A DNA stretch of 64,000 nt, taken from the sequence record PQ356295.1. One strand, given 5' to 3'. Made by a program: the position numbers and the translations under genes. The notes below the pieces were generated by a model. That model was not told where the DNA came from, did not search any database, and saw only the letters and a program-made list of their open reading frames with translations. Position 1 is the stretch's first letter. Each line of letters begins with the position of its first letter. The DNA comes from Escherichia phage KKE7M. This document shows positions 36,316-46,229 of this stretch, in pieces.

Positions 36316-38295
36316 TTAACCACCAGTAGAAGATTGTCCACTGCTTAACTGAAGAGTTAAACCTTGTGAGAAGTTACTAAAACTGGTATTCATTGTTGCA
36401 TCTAGATAATTACTAAAACCATAGCCATCTGGAATAACATTAATCTGGAATGCGTTGTCTGGGATAACAACCGTATTCTCTACACTTAACGGTACTGGAA
36501 CACCTTGGCGTGGTGTTAGCATAGATGCTGTTAAATCAGGTCTATTGTAACCGATACTAGAAGCACTTGGGTTTAAGGCACTAGTTAAGAAACTACTATC
36601 AAAGTCACCTAAAGGTTGATTTTCAGGTTTATGTTGATCTCTTCCAATAGGCCAATAAGCCCAAGGATTACCACCAACCTGTGCATCGTAACCATACTGC
36701 GTACCATTATAATATTCTCTTACAGCTTCTTTAGTATTGTTTTTTGGCCCAACCTTATTTGAAAAATCAAGGAAGTATTTCGCAATTTTTGCAAGGCTAC
36801 TTACAATACTACCAGACATTTCACCAAGACCACGAGCAGCTTCCTGGAAAGTTTTCATATTTTCTGCAAAATCTGGTGCAGATTTTAAACCATCCATAAA
36901 ACCTACAAGTAAGTTATTGGTAAAACCTTCTCCTGCTGCACTAATTTGTGCTCTTAGCTTAACAAAATCTTGTGCTGCTTGGATGTTTTCGTCGTTAAGA
37001 GTTGCACCTGAATTACTTAACATTCTCAGGACTTCCATAAACTCTTTACCATTGTCCAAAAACATACGTTGGTAGTGCATTAAGTCATCACCAAGGTTTT
37101 CCATCAGACGACCAATTTGCGCAGAGTTCATTCCTCTTTTTTGACCTTCATTAACAAGTGCTTGAACAAAGTCTAAAGGTCTGTTCTGGAATTTAGCAAC
37201 ATCTTCTTTTGTCCAACCAAATTGGTTCATGATTTCATTAATACCACTATCTCCACCTTTCCATTTCCCTGATTTTTCATCAAACTCAGAGTGGAGTACA
37301 GTATTACCTAAACGTTCACGAACGTCTTTAATGTTATCAATAGCTTTAATAATACTAGCAGAGTCTACACCGTTCATCTCACCCCAAGTACGCATTGTTA
37401 GGATTGCGTTAGGGTTTACCTGTACGTTCTGACCACCTCTACTAACCATATTAACACGCTCTGCCGATGCAGTAATACCTTCGGCAATTTTGCTTATGCC
37501 TTGATATAAACCAGCACCTAAAAGAGCAGCACCAAACATAGCAGGGTTAAGAGCAATAGCAGCATTACCTACACCAGATAGCTTACGTTGTCTATCTCGC
37601 TGTCTTGCTTCTTTTTCTCTTCTTTGCTGACGTTCGAACTCCTTTCTTTCTCTTTCTCTAACACGCTGTCTTCTTTTATCTTCTGCTTCTTGCAGACGGG
37701 CAATTCTACGTCTAGCTCTCTCTTCATCAAGAAGTTGTGCATTCTTCTCTTTATGAGATCTGCGTAGTTCTTCTAACTGTCTAGCCAAAGTATTATTCAT
37801 TTGTTGGCTAGTGATCACACCTTTACGATAAAGTTCAACAGTTTCTTCTACAATCTTTTTAGATTTTTCTAGAATTCTGCTGTCTGCTTTTGTAAAAGGC
37901 ATAGCTTTAAAACTAAAATCGTCTTGCTTCATATTAGCAAGTGCTGCACGTTTAGCGGCGGCTTCTGCGGCTCTTTCCTCTGGTGTCTTACGTCCTCCAG
38001 AAGATCCAGAACCACCTCTACCACTTCCTCCTTTTCCACCACCACTTGAACCTCCGGTTGGTGGGATTGGTGGAGGATTACCGCCGCCAAGACCTGACAT
38101 TTGCTGCCTTATTCTTTTAGCATACTCTTCCATACTTTTAAACTGACGACGCATTTTAGTCATATTTAAAGATGGTTCAATAGATTCTGTAAAAGTTTTA
38201 AGGTTTTTAATTGCGTCTTTAGTATTTTTTAAACTGTCTTTATCTACAGTAAACGTTACTGTATTCTTAATCTTGGAAGTGTTAATTTCTAACAA
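36316..38295 (-). CDS. Tape measure protein (putative)
   Basis: 659 aa; Arg/Glu-rich coiled-coil and Gly-rich stretch; lies downstream of the chaperone frameshift pair and tube/sheath genes. Confidence 0.6.
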   Translation of the reverse strand: MLEINTSKIKNTVTFTVDKDSLKNTKDAIKNLKTFTESIEPSLNMTKMRRQFKSMEEYAKRIRQQMSGLGGGNPPPIPPTGGSSGGGKGGSGRGGSGSSGGRKTPEERAAEAAAKRAALANMKQDDFSFKAMPFTKADSRILEKSKKIVEETVELYRKGVITSQQMNNTLARQLEELRRSHKEKNAQLLDEERARRRIARLQEAEDKRRQRVRERERKEFERQQRREKEARQRDRQRKLSGVGNAAIALNPAMFGAALLGAGLYQGISKIAEGITASAERVNMVSRGGQNVQVNPNAILTMRTWGEMNGVDSASIIKAIDNIKDVRERLGNTVLHSEFDEKSGKWKGGDSGINEIMNQFGWTKEDVAKFQNRPLDFVQALVNEGQKRGMNSAQIGRLMENLGDDLMHYQRMFLDNGKEFMEVLRMLSNSGATLNDENIQAAQDFVKLRAQISAAGEGFTNNLLVGFMDGLKSAPDFAENMKTFQEAARGLGEMSGSIVSSLAKIAKYFLDFSNKVGPKNNTKEAVREYYNGTQYGYDAQVGGNPWAYWPIGRDQHKPENQPLGDFDSSFLTSALNPSASSIGYNRPDLTASMLTPRQGVPVPLSVENTVVIPDNAFQINVIPDGYGFSNYLDATMNTSFSNFSQGLTLQLSSGQSSTGG

Positions 38296-38314
38296 GGGTA
38301 ATCCTCCGTATTAC

Positions 38315-38542
38315 TTATGAATCTGGAATTAATTTTTTCATAGCCGTATCCAGTTCTCTTATTGTTCTCTGTTGACCACGTTTAATATCCGCATCTTTAA
38401 CGTGAAGATCTTGTACATAATCTTCGAATGTTAAATATTCATAAATTTTAAGTAGATAATCTACACCATAATTATCTAACGAGGACAAGGTTTCGGAGGT
38501 ATTCTTAATTACCTTACAAAGAATTACTTCATACCATGTCAA
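38315..38542 (-). CDS. Tail assembly chaperone, -1 frame extension (T part of a G-T fusion)
   Basis: Its reading frame stays open upstream to 38674, overlapping the 3' end of 38590-39072 in the -1 frame; likely expressed only by frameshifting. Confidence 0.5.
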   Translation of the reverse strand: MTWYEVILCKVIKNTSETLSSLDNYGVDYLLKIYEYLTFEDYVQDLHVKDADIKRGQQRTIRELDTAMKKLIPDS

Positions 38543-38589
38543 GCTAAGGGTTTGTGAGGCAATTTCAATTGCTGATTTAATTGCCGGAC

Positions 38590-39072
38590 TTAACTCTTCG
38601 CTAGAGTCTCTATTCCTTGAAATTGGGTCAACAGTTTTCCGAAACCTCGTTTGAAAAAAGGGGCATAGTTCACCTCAAGAACTTTTGCAGCTAAGTCAAC
38701 AACTAATTCTGGGTGAGCAAAAAACAATTCATCAAAATTATCGGAAACACTGTGACCTGCTTCTGTGTAAACTTCATCTAAAATTTTACGTAAGAATGCG
38801 GCTAAGTTTTTTTCTTCCAGACCACTGAATAACTGGATCAGCGCCATAGCAATACGAGCTTCTAGATCTTCATCTGCTGACATAAGAGCAGTATTATACA
38901 TTGTCATAGGAACAGCTAGTACACTACCTAGTTCTGGAATCCTTTCAAAAACTTTAGTTGGACTCCACTTGAGAACTCTAAATTTTACACTGCGTCCTTC
39001 ATCCAGATCAATTTCAACCATTACTTCTGGACGAGCAAATTTTGCAATAGTATTATCTTTTTGTTGTTCCAT
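38590..39072 (-). CDS. Tail assembly chaperone (G-like)
   Basis: 160-aa acidic protein immediately upstream of the tape measure gene with a frameshift-accessible extension. Confidence 0.55.
   Translation of the reverse strand: MEQQKDNTIAKFARPEVMVEIDLDEGRSVKFRVLKWSPTKVFERIPELGSVLAVPMTMYNTALMSADEDLEARIAMALIQLFSGLEEKNLAAFLRKILDEVYTEAGHSVSDNFDELFFAHPELVVDLAAKVLEVNYAPFFKRGFGKLLTQFQGIETLAKS
38653..38659 (-). other. Candidate -1 programmed ribosomal frameshift slippery heptamer T_TTT_TTC
   Basis: Heptamer lies in the 0 frame of the chaperone gene inside the 85-nt overlap with the -1 frame ORF, the canonical position between tube and tape measure genes. Confidence 0.5.
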
Positions 39073-39117
39073 TATTTCCTCTCTCTTTAAAAATAAAGGG
39101 CATTTCTGCCCTTTTTA

Positions 39118-39597
39118 TTACTGAATAGTTAGAGCACTAATAGAGTTAAGTGCGTTAACACCAACACCTACAGTAGAACGAAGTAGGCTTGCATCTTTAA
39201 GACCAATTACCCATTGGTTTTCTTGAATAGTTTCACCAATAGTGTCGTCCGGTTGGCTTTGAATCCAACCAATTGTGCTGATATAATATCCGCGAGGGTC
39301 TTCTAGATATACGCTAAATGCTACTTGACGAGTAGAATACATCGTTTGTGCATAAGCAGCAAGAACTTCGTTTGCTGGGGAAGTACGTTGCAGTGACATT
39401 GTTAGCGTACCTAAACGGTTACGACTAAGCGCCAAGGAAACGTCACCATCAGTACCTGAATATGGGTTGATGATATCGTTAGTTTTGTTAATAACAATTT
39501 TGGTATCTGCGGCGAAACCCCAAGGTTCCCAACCACCCAAAGACAGGATTACTTGAGAAGGATCATAGGCCATTACGCCAGTAAGCATTTTATCCAA
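39118..39597 (-). CDS. Tail tube protein (putative)
   Basis: 159 aa, between sheath and chaperone genes. Confidence 0.55.
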   Translation of the reverse strand: MDKMLTGVMAYDPSQVILSLGGWEPWGFAADTKIVINKTNDIINPYSGTDGDVSLALSRNRLGTLTMSLQRTSPANEVLAAYAQTMYSTRQVAFSVYLEDPRGYYISTIGWIQSQPDDTIGETIQENQWVIGLKDASLLRSTVGVGVNALNSISALTIQ

Positions 39598-39629
39598 AGT
39601 GGATCTCCTTTTATACTACTTTTCATATA

Positions 39630-39647
39630 AGCGGGGTTGCCCCCGCT
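39630..39647 (-). other. Intergenic hairpin AGCGGGG-TTGC-CCCCGCT between sheath and tube genes
   Basis: GC-rich inverted repeat without U-tract on the minus strand; possible processing or attenuation element. Confidence 0.3.
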
Positions 39648-39655
39648 GCTTTTAA

Positions 39656-41062
39656 TTATGAAGATACAGTAGAGCTATTGGAATTCTGGCTATTTGCAGT
39701 GCGGTTCGTCAGAACGTTTACCTGCACTTTAACATAGTGGAAGAATCCAGCATATACGTATTCAATAACCATACCATCAACCAAACGTGCATTGATTTGA
39801 GCATCAGTCATATCTGCACGAGATGGGATATAGATAGTAGGTTTAAGGCTTACCAGAAGTCCTGTTTCCTCTGAAGTTACTACCTCATTGGCAATAGAAC
39901 CATTGTTAATACCTACTTGGATTGGGTTTGCAGTAACAGCCTGACGAATCAAAGCAAGACCAGCAGAAGTTGCTCTAACACCACTACCAAGCATAGATTG
40001 CTGTTTGAATAGAGCAAACAGAGATTCTTCTACGCGAGCTTTGAACCACAGAGCGTGTACCACATAGTCAACATAGAAACCACTAACCATGAAGCCATCA
40101 CGGTAGAACAGAACACCGTGTTCTTTACGGTAAATATTACCATTCTGTTGAACGATAAAGTTTTCTGCTGTCTGACCAAGTTTTTCAATCTCGATACCAA
40201 CAAGGGTTTTACCATGCAGGGTAGTAGTACCTGGTGTTGCAGAGCAGATAGAACCAACTACAGCAGCCTCTGGGAACACTGTATCAGCGTTAGTCATCCA
40301 CAATGCCATACAAGTGTTATTGTAGCCCATATCACCTAAGCGTTCTAGAATGTTATCTTCTTCTTTAGTTAGAACACCTGGTTGCGAGGTAGAGAAGAAA
40401 TACACTTTATCATGCTCTTCTACATAACCTGCTAGATCGATAATATCTTGTTCTGCGTGAGAATCAGATAGTAACCAGAACCAACTGTTTTCATAGTCTG
40501 CAATTTTAGCAATATCCTCTAAGATATCATTTGCATATTCTACTTTAGTTGTGAATCCTGAACTATCCATAGTAGCGTATTTACCTGCAACTGGGGTTAC
40601 AGTGATAACACTACCATCGTTTGACACAGTGAAGAATTCTTTATACACCATGTCTGCGTTGATCATTTCTGTTAAACCAACAACAATCTCTTGCGCAGTT
40701 GCAGTATCATCGGCAACAAACTTGAAGTCCTTGCTTTTTGAATTTGCTTTAATAGTGATAACGTAAGTTGCACTATCTTCAACTACTGGAGTTAGAGTTG
40801 TTTTAGAAACATCACGCTTACCGACGATAACTTGTTCCGGTGCGAACAGACCGTCAAATAGTAGTTTTGCCATTTTATAAGCTGGATCGGCAGTGCCAAA
40901 ACCTGCTTGCAGAAGTGCGTCTGAAGAAGTGAAATAATCTACAAGATTGCCAGTAACGTTATGCCCTGTAAGAATTAGAGGGATATCAAACTGTGTTTCA
41001 CTAATTGAAGTAGCACCGTAGGTAAGGGTTACGGAAACTACCTTATCACGAAAAGTTGCCAT
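39656..41062 (-). CDS. Tail sheath protein (putative)
   Basis: 468 aa directly upstream of the tube gene; implies a contractile tail. Confidence 0.55.
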   Translation of the reverse strand: MATFRDKVVSVTLTYGATSISETQFDIPLILTGHNVTGNLVDYFTSSDALLQAGFGTADPAYKMAKLLFDGLFAPEQVIVGKRDVSKTTLTPVVEDSATYVITIKANSKSKDFKFVADDTATAQEIVVGLTEMINADMVYKEFFTVSNDGSVITVTPVAGKYATMDSSGFTTKVEYANDILEDIAKIADYENSWFWLLSDSHAEQDIIDLAGYVEEHDKVYFFSTSQPGVLTKEEDNILERLGDMGYNNTCMALWMTNADTVFPEAAVVGSICSATPGTTTLHGKTLVGIEIEKLGQTAENFIVQQNGNIYRKEHGVLFYRDGFMVSGFYVDYVVHALWFKARVEESLFALFKQQSMLGSGVRATSAGLALIRQAVTANPIQVGINNGSIANEVVTSEETGLLVSLKPTIYIPSRADMTDAQINARLVDGMVIEYVYAGFFHYVKVQVNVLTNRTANSQNSNSSTVSS

Positions 41063-41082
41063 TTATGCTCCTGTTAGAAACT

Positions 41083-41784
41083 TTATTCCAATGAATTATC
41101 CGTTGGGATATACTTAATTAATGATCCATCATCAGTCGTCGTAAAGTAATAAGTTTTACTTCTGTGAGCAACAATGTAAATCTTATCCAAAGGAAGATCT
41201 ATTGGAGTAGGATCATCGTAATCATCTCTGAACGAATGAATGTTCATATTAATTGCTTCAATTTCGGTAGTTACTAAATCCTCAATAACCATCGTAGTAT
41301 TGAATGTAAGAAATATTCTCGCTCTTTGTTCAGTTTTATCTCCATCCAGAACAGTGTTAGCCTGTGCAACATTTGTTGCAGATAGAAAGCTAATACCTTT
41401 GGAATAAAGATACTGGTATTTTAATTCATCTGCACCACGAAGTGCCGCAAGAACATAACTTAAAAGTGTCATTGGTCTTCCTCTAAAAGCCATAAGTTCT
41501 ATTTCATACTTATTGTCCATTAGATAGGAAAACGCATCTTCACTAAAAGAATATTTTTGTGACCAACCACCTGAATCATCAGATGATACAATACGTAATG
41601 TCAGATATGGGGTTGTTGGTTTAACAAATGGCTTATCCATAACATAAACCGGAAGCCCCACGAGTCTTTGTAAGAACTTAGCGATATTTAATAATATCGT
41701 ATTTTCATACAATTCAATTTGTTCGTAGATATTAGCCAAAATTACCACCCTCCTCAGAATAAGAATAGGTGTTATTCTGGTCAT
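41083..41784 (-). CDS. Hypothetical head-tail joining/tail protein (233 aa)
   Basis: ORF colinear. Confidence 0.45.
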   Translation of the reverse strand: MTRITPILILRRVVILANIYEQIELYENTILLNIAKFLQRLVGLPVYVMDKPFVKPTTPYLTLRIVSSDDSGGWSQKYSFSEDAFSYLMDNKYEIELMAFRGRPMTLLSYVLAALRGADELKYQYLYSKGISFLSATNVAQANTVLDGDKTEQRARIFLTFNTTMVIEDLVTTEIEAINMNIHSFRDDYDDPTPIDLPLDKIYIVAHRSKTYYFTTTDDGSLIKYIPTDNSLE

Positions 41785-42148
41785 CTAGAATAGCAACACA
41801 ATGTGTGTGTATTAAGAAAGATGTTCTTGTCCAGTCTTTCAAAGAATAAATGGAAAACCATTGTCCATCTATTAGTATTTGGTCAGATAATTGATCTGAT
41901 CCTTGCTGGATGCCTCTGATTTCTGTTTTTGTCCAGAAGCTATATTGTGCCTTAGATCTGTATCCTTCTGGCAGTGCTTGAAGTGTTCTACCTGATATTG
42001 GTTGCAAACTTGCAGCCTCTATTGTAAAGTCTTCGTATGCTACTGTATTACCCATATTGGAAATTGGCGAATCAGGATCTTGAACATAAGTTCTTTTACG
42101 ACCCTGATACGTTGTTAGATCAAGGAGAGTAAATTGGTCTAATAGCAT
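41732..42148 (-). CDS. Hypothetical structural protein (138 aa)
   Basis: ORF colinear; overlaps the downstream gene, true start uncertain. Confidence 0.4.
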   Translation of the reverse strand: MLLDQFTLLDLTTYQGRKRTYVQDPDSPISNMGNTVAYEDFTIEAASLQPISGRTLQALPEGYRSKAQYSFWTKTEIRGIQQGSDQLSDQILIDGQWFSIYSLKDWTRTSFLIHTHCVAILDDQNNTYSYSEEGGNFG

Positions 42149-42192
42149 TGTATCTCCTTTTTAGTATACATCAAAAACAGACTTATTGCAAG

Positions 42193-42681
42193 TTATTTTT
42201 TAGAACGACCCTTCTTGATTTCTGATTCAATACTGTTAATTAAGTGTCCAGTATCAATAAGAATATGAGAAGAGTAGTTACCTTTATCTCTACGGATTTT
42301 AATAGTCACAGGAGATAGTGGTCTGTAACGTTGCAAAGCAATCGCTTTAGCAATAGATTCTCGTGAAACTTTTGCAATAGGTTCAAAGGCAGCTAAACCT
42401 CTTCCACGAAGTAAATAATTTCTAAACACTTCATCAAAATGTTTAGGTATCTCTTTGCTGGCGTGGACTGCACCATCCGTTAAAAACGGACGTGCAGGAG
42501 TATTGTTTGTTTCATTACCAAACTGTTGTATGGCAGCAATTGCAGGGATAGTGAGATCTGATTCTGGATGGCGAACAGCAGTAAGAAAACCAGCATCTAT
42601 TTCTATATTATCTAGAGCCAGCATTTTACTAAAGTATTCATCTAACGACATATCATCGCCACGTGTGATCTCACATTTCAT
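42193..42681 (-). CDS. Hypothetical head-tail connector protein (162 aa)
   Basis: ORF colinear. Confidence 0.45.
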   Translation of the reverse strand: MKCEITRGDDMSLDEYFSKMLALDNIEIDAGFLTAVRHPESDLTIPAIAAIQQFGNETNNTPARPFLTDGAVHASKEIPKHFDEVFRNYLLRGRGLAAFEPIAKVSRESIAKAIALQRYRPLSPVTIKIRRDKGNYSSHILIDTGHLINSIESEIKKGRSKK

Positions 42682-43229
42682 TATTTATCCCTTCTGTAGT
42701 AACCAATGGGGCCATAATTTCGGGCATACTTGATATTTCTCGTATGTCGATCTACACTACCAACACCACCTAAACCATTTACTGAATTAGGATCACTGTT
42801 GACACGATCAATTTCACGAGCATCAACACCACCAACTAATACTTTACTTGTTACACCTCTACCAGAAGTACAACCAGGTATCATCATATCACCATCAAGA
42901 TATCCTTTATAGATATTTTCCCAAGGTGAAATGTATTCTGTTTGTCCAGTACCAAAGGTTACTTCAACCTGTATTTCGCCAACTTTCTCTTTTCTAGAAA
43001 GAGCACCACCTGTTTGTGTATTATGATTTAGTACGTCTGTATTCCACAAGTATTCAAGTACAGAGATCAGACTGTTCCACAGTACAGCACATTTATTGGC
43101 ATCATCATTCCCTAACACATCTATCCACGTTTGAATGATTTGTTCAATCATTGCATCAGGAAGTGTTTCTTGTGAAGGGTTAAATACCAATATGCGAATC
43201 ATAGGTACTAGTTCACTAGCTACAAGCAT
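42681..43229 (-). CDS. Hypothetical head completion protein (182 aa)
   Basis: ORF colinear. Confidence 0.45.
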   Translation of the reverse strand: MLVASELVPMIRILVFNPSQETLPDAMIEQIIQTWIDVLGNDDANKCAVLWNSLISVLEYLWNTDVLNHNTQTGGALSRKEKVGEIQVEVTFGTGQTEYISPWENIYKGYLDGDMMIPGCTSGRGVTSKVLVGGVDAREIDRVNSDPNSVNGLGGVGSVDRHTRNIKYARNYGPIGYYRRDK

Positions 43230-43241
43230 GTAAACCTCCCA

Positions 43242-43610
43242 TTACTTTTTAGTGCGCTGTGCACGTTTCTTTGCTGGTGTGTCTACTGCTTTAACTTCAA
43301 TTTTATCTTGCGTTTTTAATTCTACTGGTGCATAATCTTCATAGCTAACGAGATAGTATCCAGGATGTTCTTCACTTCCGAAAGGATGAACCTGAATCCC
43401 TGTCTCTTCACGTAGACGAACTAAGAAGTGAATAAAGTTACCACCAAGGGCTACTCTACCATCTGTAGTATAGAATGACATAGGTGGAGCAACACTAAGT
43501 GTCTTACCTGCATCTAATGCAGGAGATAGTGAAGCAAAATCCATAATCATTTCATGGTAGCTAAAATATGTTTTCAGTACAGCGTTACCCATAATCGTGT
43601 TTCCTCTCAT
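43242..43610 (-). CDS. Hypothetical protein (122 aa)
   Basis: ORF colinear. Confidence 0.45.
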   Translation of the reverse strand: MRGNTIMGNAVLKTYFSYHEMIMDFASLSPALDAGKTLSVAPPMSFYTTDGRVALGGNFIHFLVRLREETGIQVHPFGSEEHPGYYLVSYEDYAPVELKTQDKIEVKAVDTPAKKRAQRTKK

Positions 43611-43625
43611 TGTTAGTGGGATACA

Positions 43626-43658
43626 TAATAAAAAAGCCCACCCGCAAGGGGCAGGCTT
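43626..43658 (-). terminator. Intrinsic terminator after the major capsid gene (9-bp stem, U-tract UUUUUUAUUAU)
   Basis: Minus-strand AGCCUGCCC-CUUGC-GGGUGGGCU with T-run, 20 nt after the capsid stop codon. Confidence 0.6.
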
Positions 43659-43677
43659 TTTAGAATCCCGTTAAGGA

Positions 43678-44679
43678 TTAAGCAGTAGTCAGTTTAACTA
43701 CCAGTTCTGGACGGGTATTAACCGCCAGCAGGGAGAATTCAGACTGTAGCTGTACAGTGCGGTGTTCAGATACCATAAAGGTATACAGATCACGAGCAAC
43801 AGTGTTAGCCAGTTCTGGAGTATCCGCTGGAGCATAGTGTGCCTGGAACATATCTGGGATACCCATTGGCAGAACAAACGCTTCACCAGCAGGGATGTTA
43901 CCGTGGATATCTTCGATGTAGGTTACACCGTTCCATTCGAATACCTGAACATCCATATTACCGCTTAGGCGGTCACGCAGAAGGTTCGGAGTACCTTGGA
44001 AGTATTGATAAGCCTGGCGAACAAACGGAGAGTTAACCAGAGAAGCAAAGAACTCACGAGAGCACAGAGCAACGATACGAGTAGCGGTAGAACCGTCTTG
44101 TTTCTGATCGATGATGTATGCACGAGCTTCTTGCTCAATGGTAGCAGCCGGAGAAACAGTAGTAGAAGCGAAGTCTACAGATACTGATTTCTGGGTAGCA
44201 CCCCATTCGGTGTACCAGTTGTATGCAGAGTTAGCTGCACCACCAACACCATTGTATGCACGACCCATTACTGCTTCTGCAAAGATTTTTTCTTTAGTTT
44301 TTGCAACATCACGCAGGATTTGAGTCATATAGCGGTTAACAACTTCCGCTTCGGTACGCAGGTTATCATTGATGCCACCCATAGCGAAGCTACGGAAGGA
44401 TTGAATATCCTGTGCCTTAATGTTCTTATCCAGAGGGAAGAACGGAATACGGAAGACTTTAACGCTAGGAGCGTCCATAGTCAGGAAGTTACGCTCACCA
44501 CCACGTTCACGTGCTGGGATCAGACCATCTGCAAGTTTCTGTCTGCCAATTTCAACAGCAGTGGTAGCATGGTACTGAACATCAAACAGGTTCAGACTTG
44601 CGATAAGTGTATCAGGAGTTTCTTGTAGCTCAATCATTGGGCTAAAGTCAACAACCTGATCTAAGATAATAGCTGGCAT
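43678..44679 (-). CDS. Major capsid protein (putative)
   Basis: 333 aa; position after scaffold and decoration genes; locally elevated GC (about 50%) with host-preferred codons; strong terminator directly downstream. Confidence 0.55.
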   Translation of the reverse strand: MPAIILDQVVDFSPMIELQETPDTLIASLNLFDVQYHATTAVEIGRQKLADGLIPARERGGERNFLTMDAPSVKVFRIPFFPLDKNIKAQDIQSFRSFAMGGINDNLRTEAEVVNRYMTQILRDVAKTKEKIFAEAVMGRAYNGVGGAANSAYNWYTEWGATQKSVSVDFASTTVSPAATIEQEARAYIIDQKQDGSTATRIVALCSREFFASLVNSPFVRQAYQYFQGTPNLLRDRLSGNMDVQVFEWNGVTYIEDIHGNIPAGEAFVLPMGIPDMFQAHYAPADTPELANTVARDLYTFMVSEHRTVQLQSEFSLLAVNTRPELVVKLTTA

Positions 44680-44700
44680 GTATAAATCTCCTATTAAAAA

Positions 44701-45093
44701 TTAAGAAGTGAAAACAACTTTTTCAGTCAGTTTCAGATCGTGAGTTTCCAGTGCTGCAACGCCAGCGTCATCAATCAGATCACCACTCTTGTAGTAAACT
44801 GCATAGCGGTTGAGAGTCAGGTCACGTACACCAACAACTGCGGTGAAAGTGTCACCTACTGCAACATCATCGATCCCGAACAGTGCGTCAGTCCACAGCA
44901 GAACTTTAACAGCTTCACCAGCAGAAGCAGCTTCTGTGTTGTCAGCTTTCAGTACAGAACCAATTTTCATGGTTGCAGTTTTAACCAGGTTCACTTCACG
45001 AACACAGTGACCTAGGTCAGAACTAAATACTCCACCCAGAACAAGGTGTCCAAATTCCTGGCGGTAGTTTGATAAAGAAATTCCAGTTGCCAT
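44701..45093 (-). CDS. Head decoration protein (putative)
   Basis: 130 aa between scaffold and capsid genes, same codon bias. Confidence 0.45.
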   Translation of the reverse strand: MATGISLSNYRQEFGHLVLGGVFSSDLGHCVREVNLVKTATMKIGSVLKADNTEAASAGEAVKVLLWTDALFGIDDVAVGDTFTAVVGVRDLTLNRYAVYYKSGDLIDDAGVAALETHDLKLTEKVVFTS

Positions 45094-45111
45094 TAATTAA
45101 ATCTCCTTAGA

Positions 45112-46227
45112 TTATTTCTGGGCTTTTTTAAGTTCAGCAGCTTTTTGACGAATCAGTTCAGAAGCAGATTTAGCAACAGGTTCTTTGTTTTCAACATCAA
45201 CACCTACTTCTTTGCCAAATTCTTTCTTAACTGTTTCAACTTCTTCGCGAGCTTTTTCAAATGCAGTAACAACAGTTTCAGCAATTTCTTTGTTATCTAC
45301 TAGGTATTTAACAAGTGCTTCAACTTTGTCTTCTTCAACATAGCCATAAGACTTAATTACATTGGTATAGTCTTCTTCGATACGAGCAATTTCTGCTTTA
45401 CGAAGTTCTTCGGCTTCTGCCTTAGCTTTGTTGATTTCTTCCTGTGCTTTAGCTTCTGCCTCTGCACGAGCTTCAGCAGCAGCTTTTTCTACCGCTTCTG
45501 CAATCTGTGCTTTAATAAGGTCTTGCACCTCAGCAGATTTCAGGAATTCTTCTTTGTTAATATTTTCCAAAGGGGTATCTCCTTTATTTATATCGGTTGT
45601 GTTTGCAGATTCAAGATCTGCTGGATTATCCTCTGCAATCACAGAGTCTTTATTAGTACGAGCTTCGTGAGCTTTTACTAAATAATCTTTTACGTGATCA
45701 AACTTAATTGCGCTCTTAACTAAATCACCTAGAGCATCATCAATCAAGTTATCAAAGAAATCCAGGGAAACTAAAACATCACCGTCTACTACTTCATAGT
45801 CCGTTGTTTGTACCACTGGTTTTGCAACATCACCAACTTCAACAAGAAGTCCGTTAATGGTAAAATCAGTAGAGAACATTCCGTAGTCAGAACAGAAAAT
45901 AACAATGCCATTATCAAAATCGGCATCGACTACATAAACCCAATCCCAACCAGACTCGTATTTTTCACGAACGGCATCAGATAATGATCCCATAAGTTGG
46001 TTCATATATGATTTACGTAATTCAGTAACGTCTTCACCCATTTTTTCTAGAGCTTCTAACTTAGTGAAGCTAATGTCTGGGTTGTCGCCAGATTTAAAAA
46101 GTAGAGGGGTATTAAAGCCAGAAGCAGCACCACCTTGAAAATCGAAGGTGTAAGCAATGTGTGCTCCGCAAGAATCTTCCGTAGCTTTACCCGAAAAGTC
46201 TACGTCAGCTAGATATGTATGTGCCAC
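45112..46227 (-). CDS. Head scaffolding protein (putative)
   Basis: C-terminal Ala/Glu/Lys-rich coiled-coil (AEAVEKAAAEARAEAEAKAQEE...). Confidence 0.5.
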   Translation of the reverse strand: MAHTYLADVDFSGKATEDSCGAHIAYTFDFQGGAASGFNTPLLFKSGDNPDISFTKLEALEKMGEDVTELRKSYMNQLMGSLSDAVREKYESGWDWVYVVDADFDNGIVIFCSDYGMFSTDFTINGLLVEVGDVAKPVVQTTDYEVVDGDVLVSLDFFDNLIDDALGDLVKSAIKFDHVKDYLVKAHEARTNKDSVIAEDNPADLESANTTDINKGDTPLENINKEEFLKSAEVQDLIKAQIAEAVEKAAAEARAEAEAKAQEEINKAKAEAEELRKAEIARIEEDYTNVIKSYGYVEEDKVEALVKYLVDNKEIAETVVTAFEKAREEVETVKKEFGKEVGVDVENKEPVAKSASELIRQKAAELKKAQK

Positions 46228-46229
46228 AA

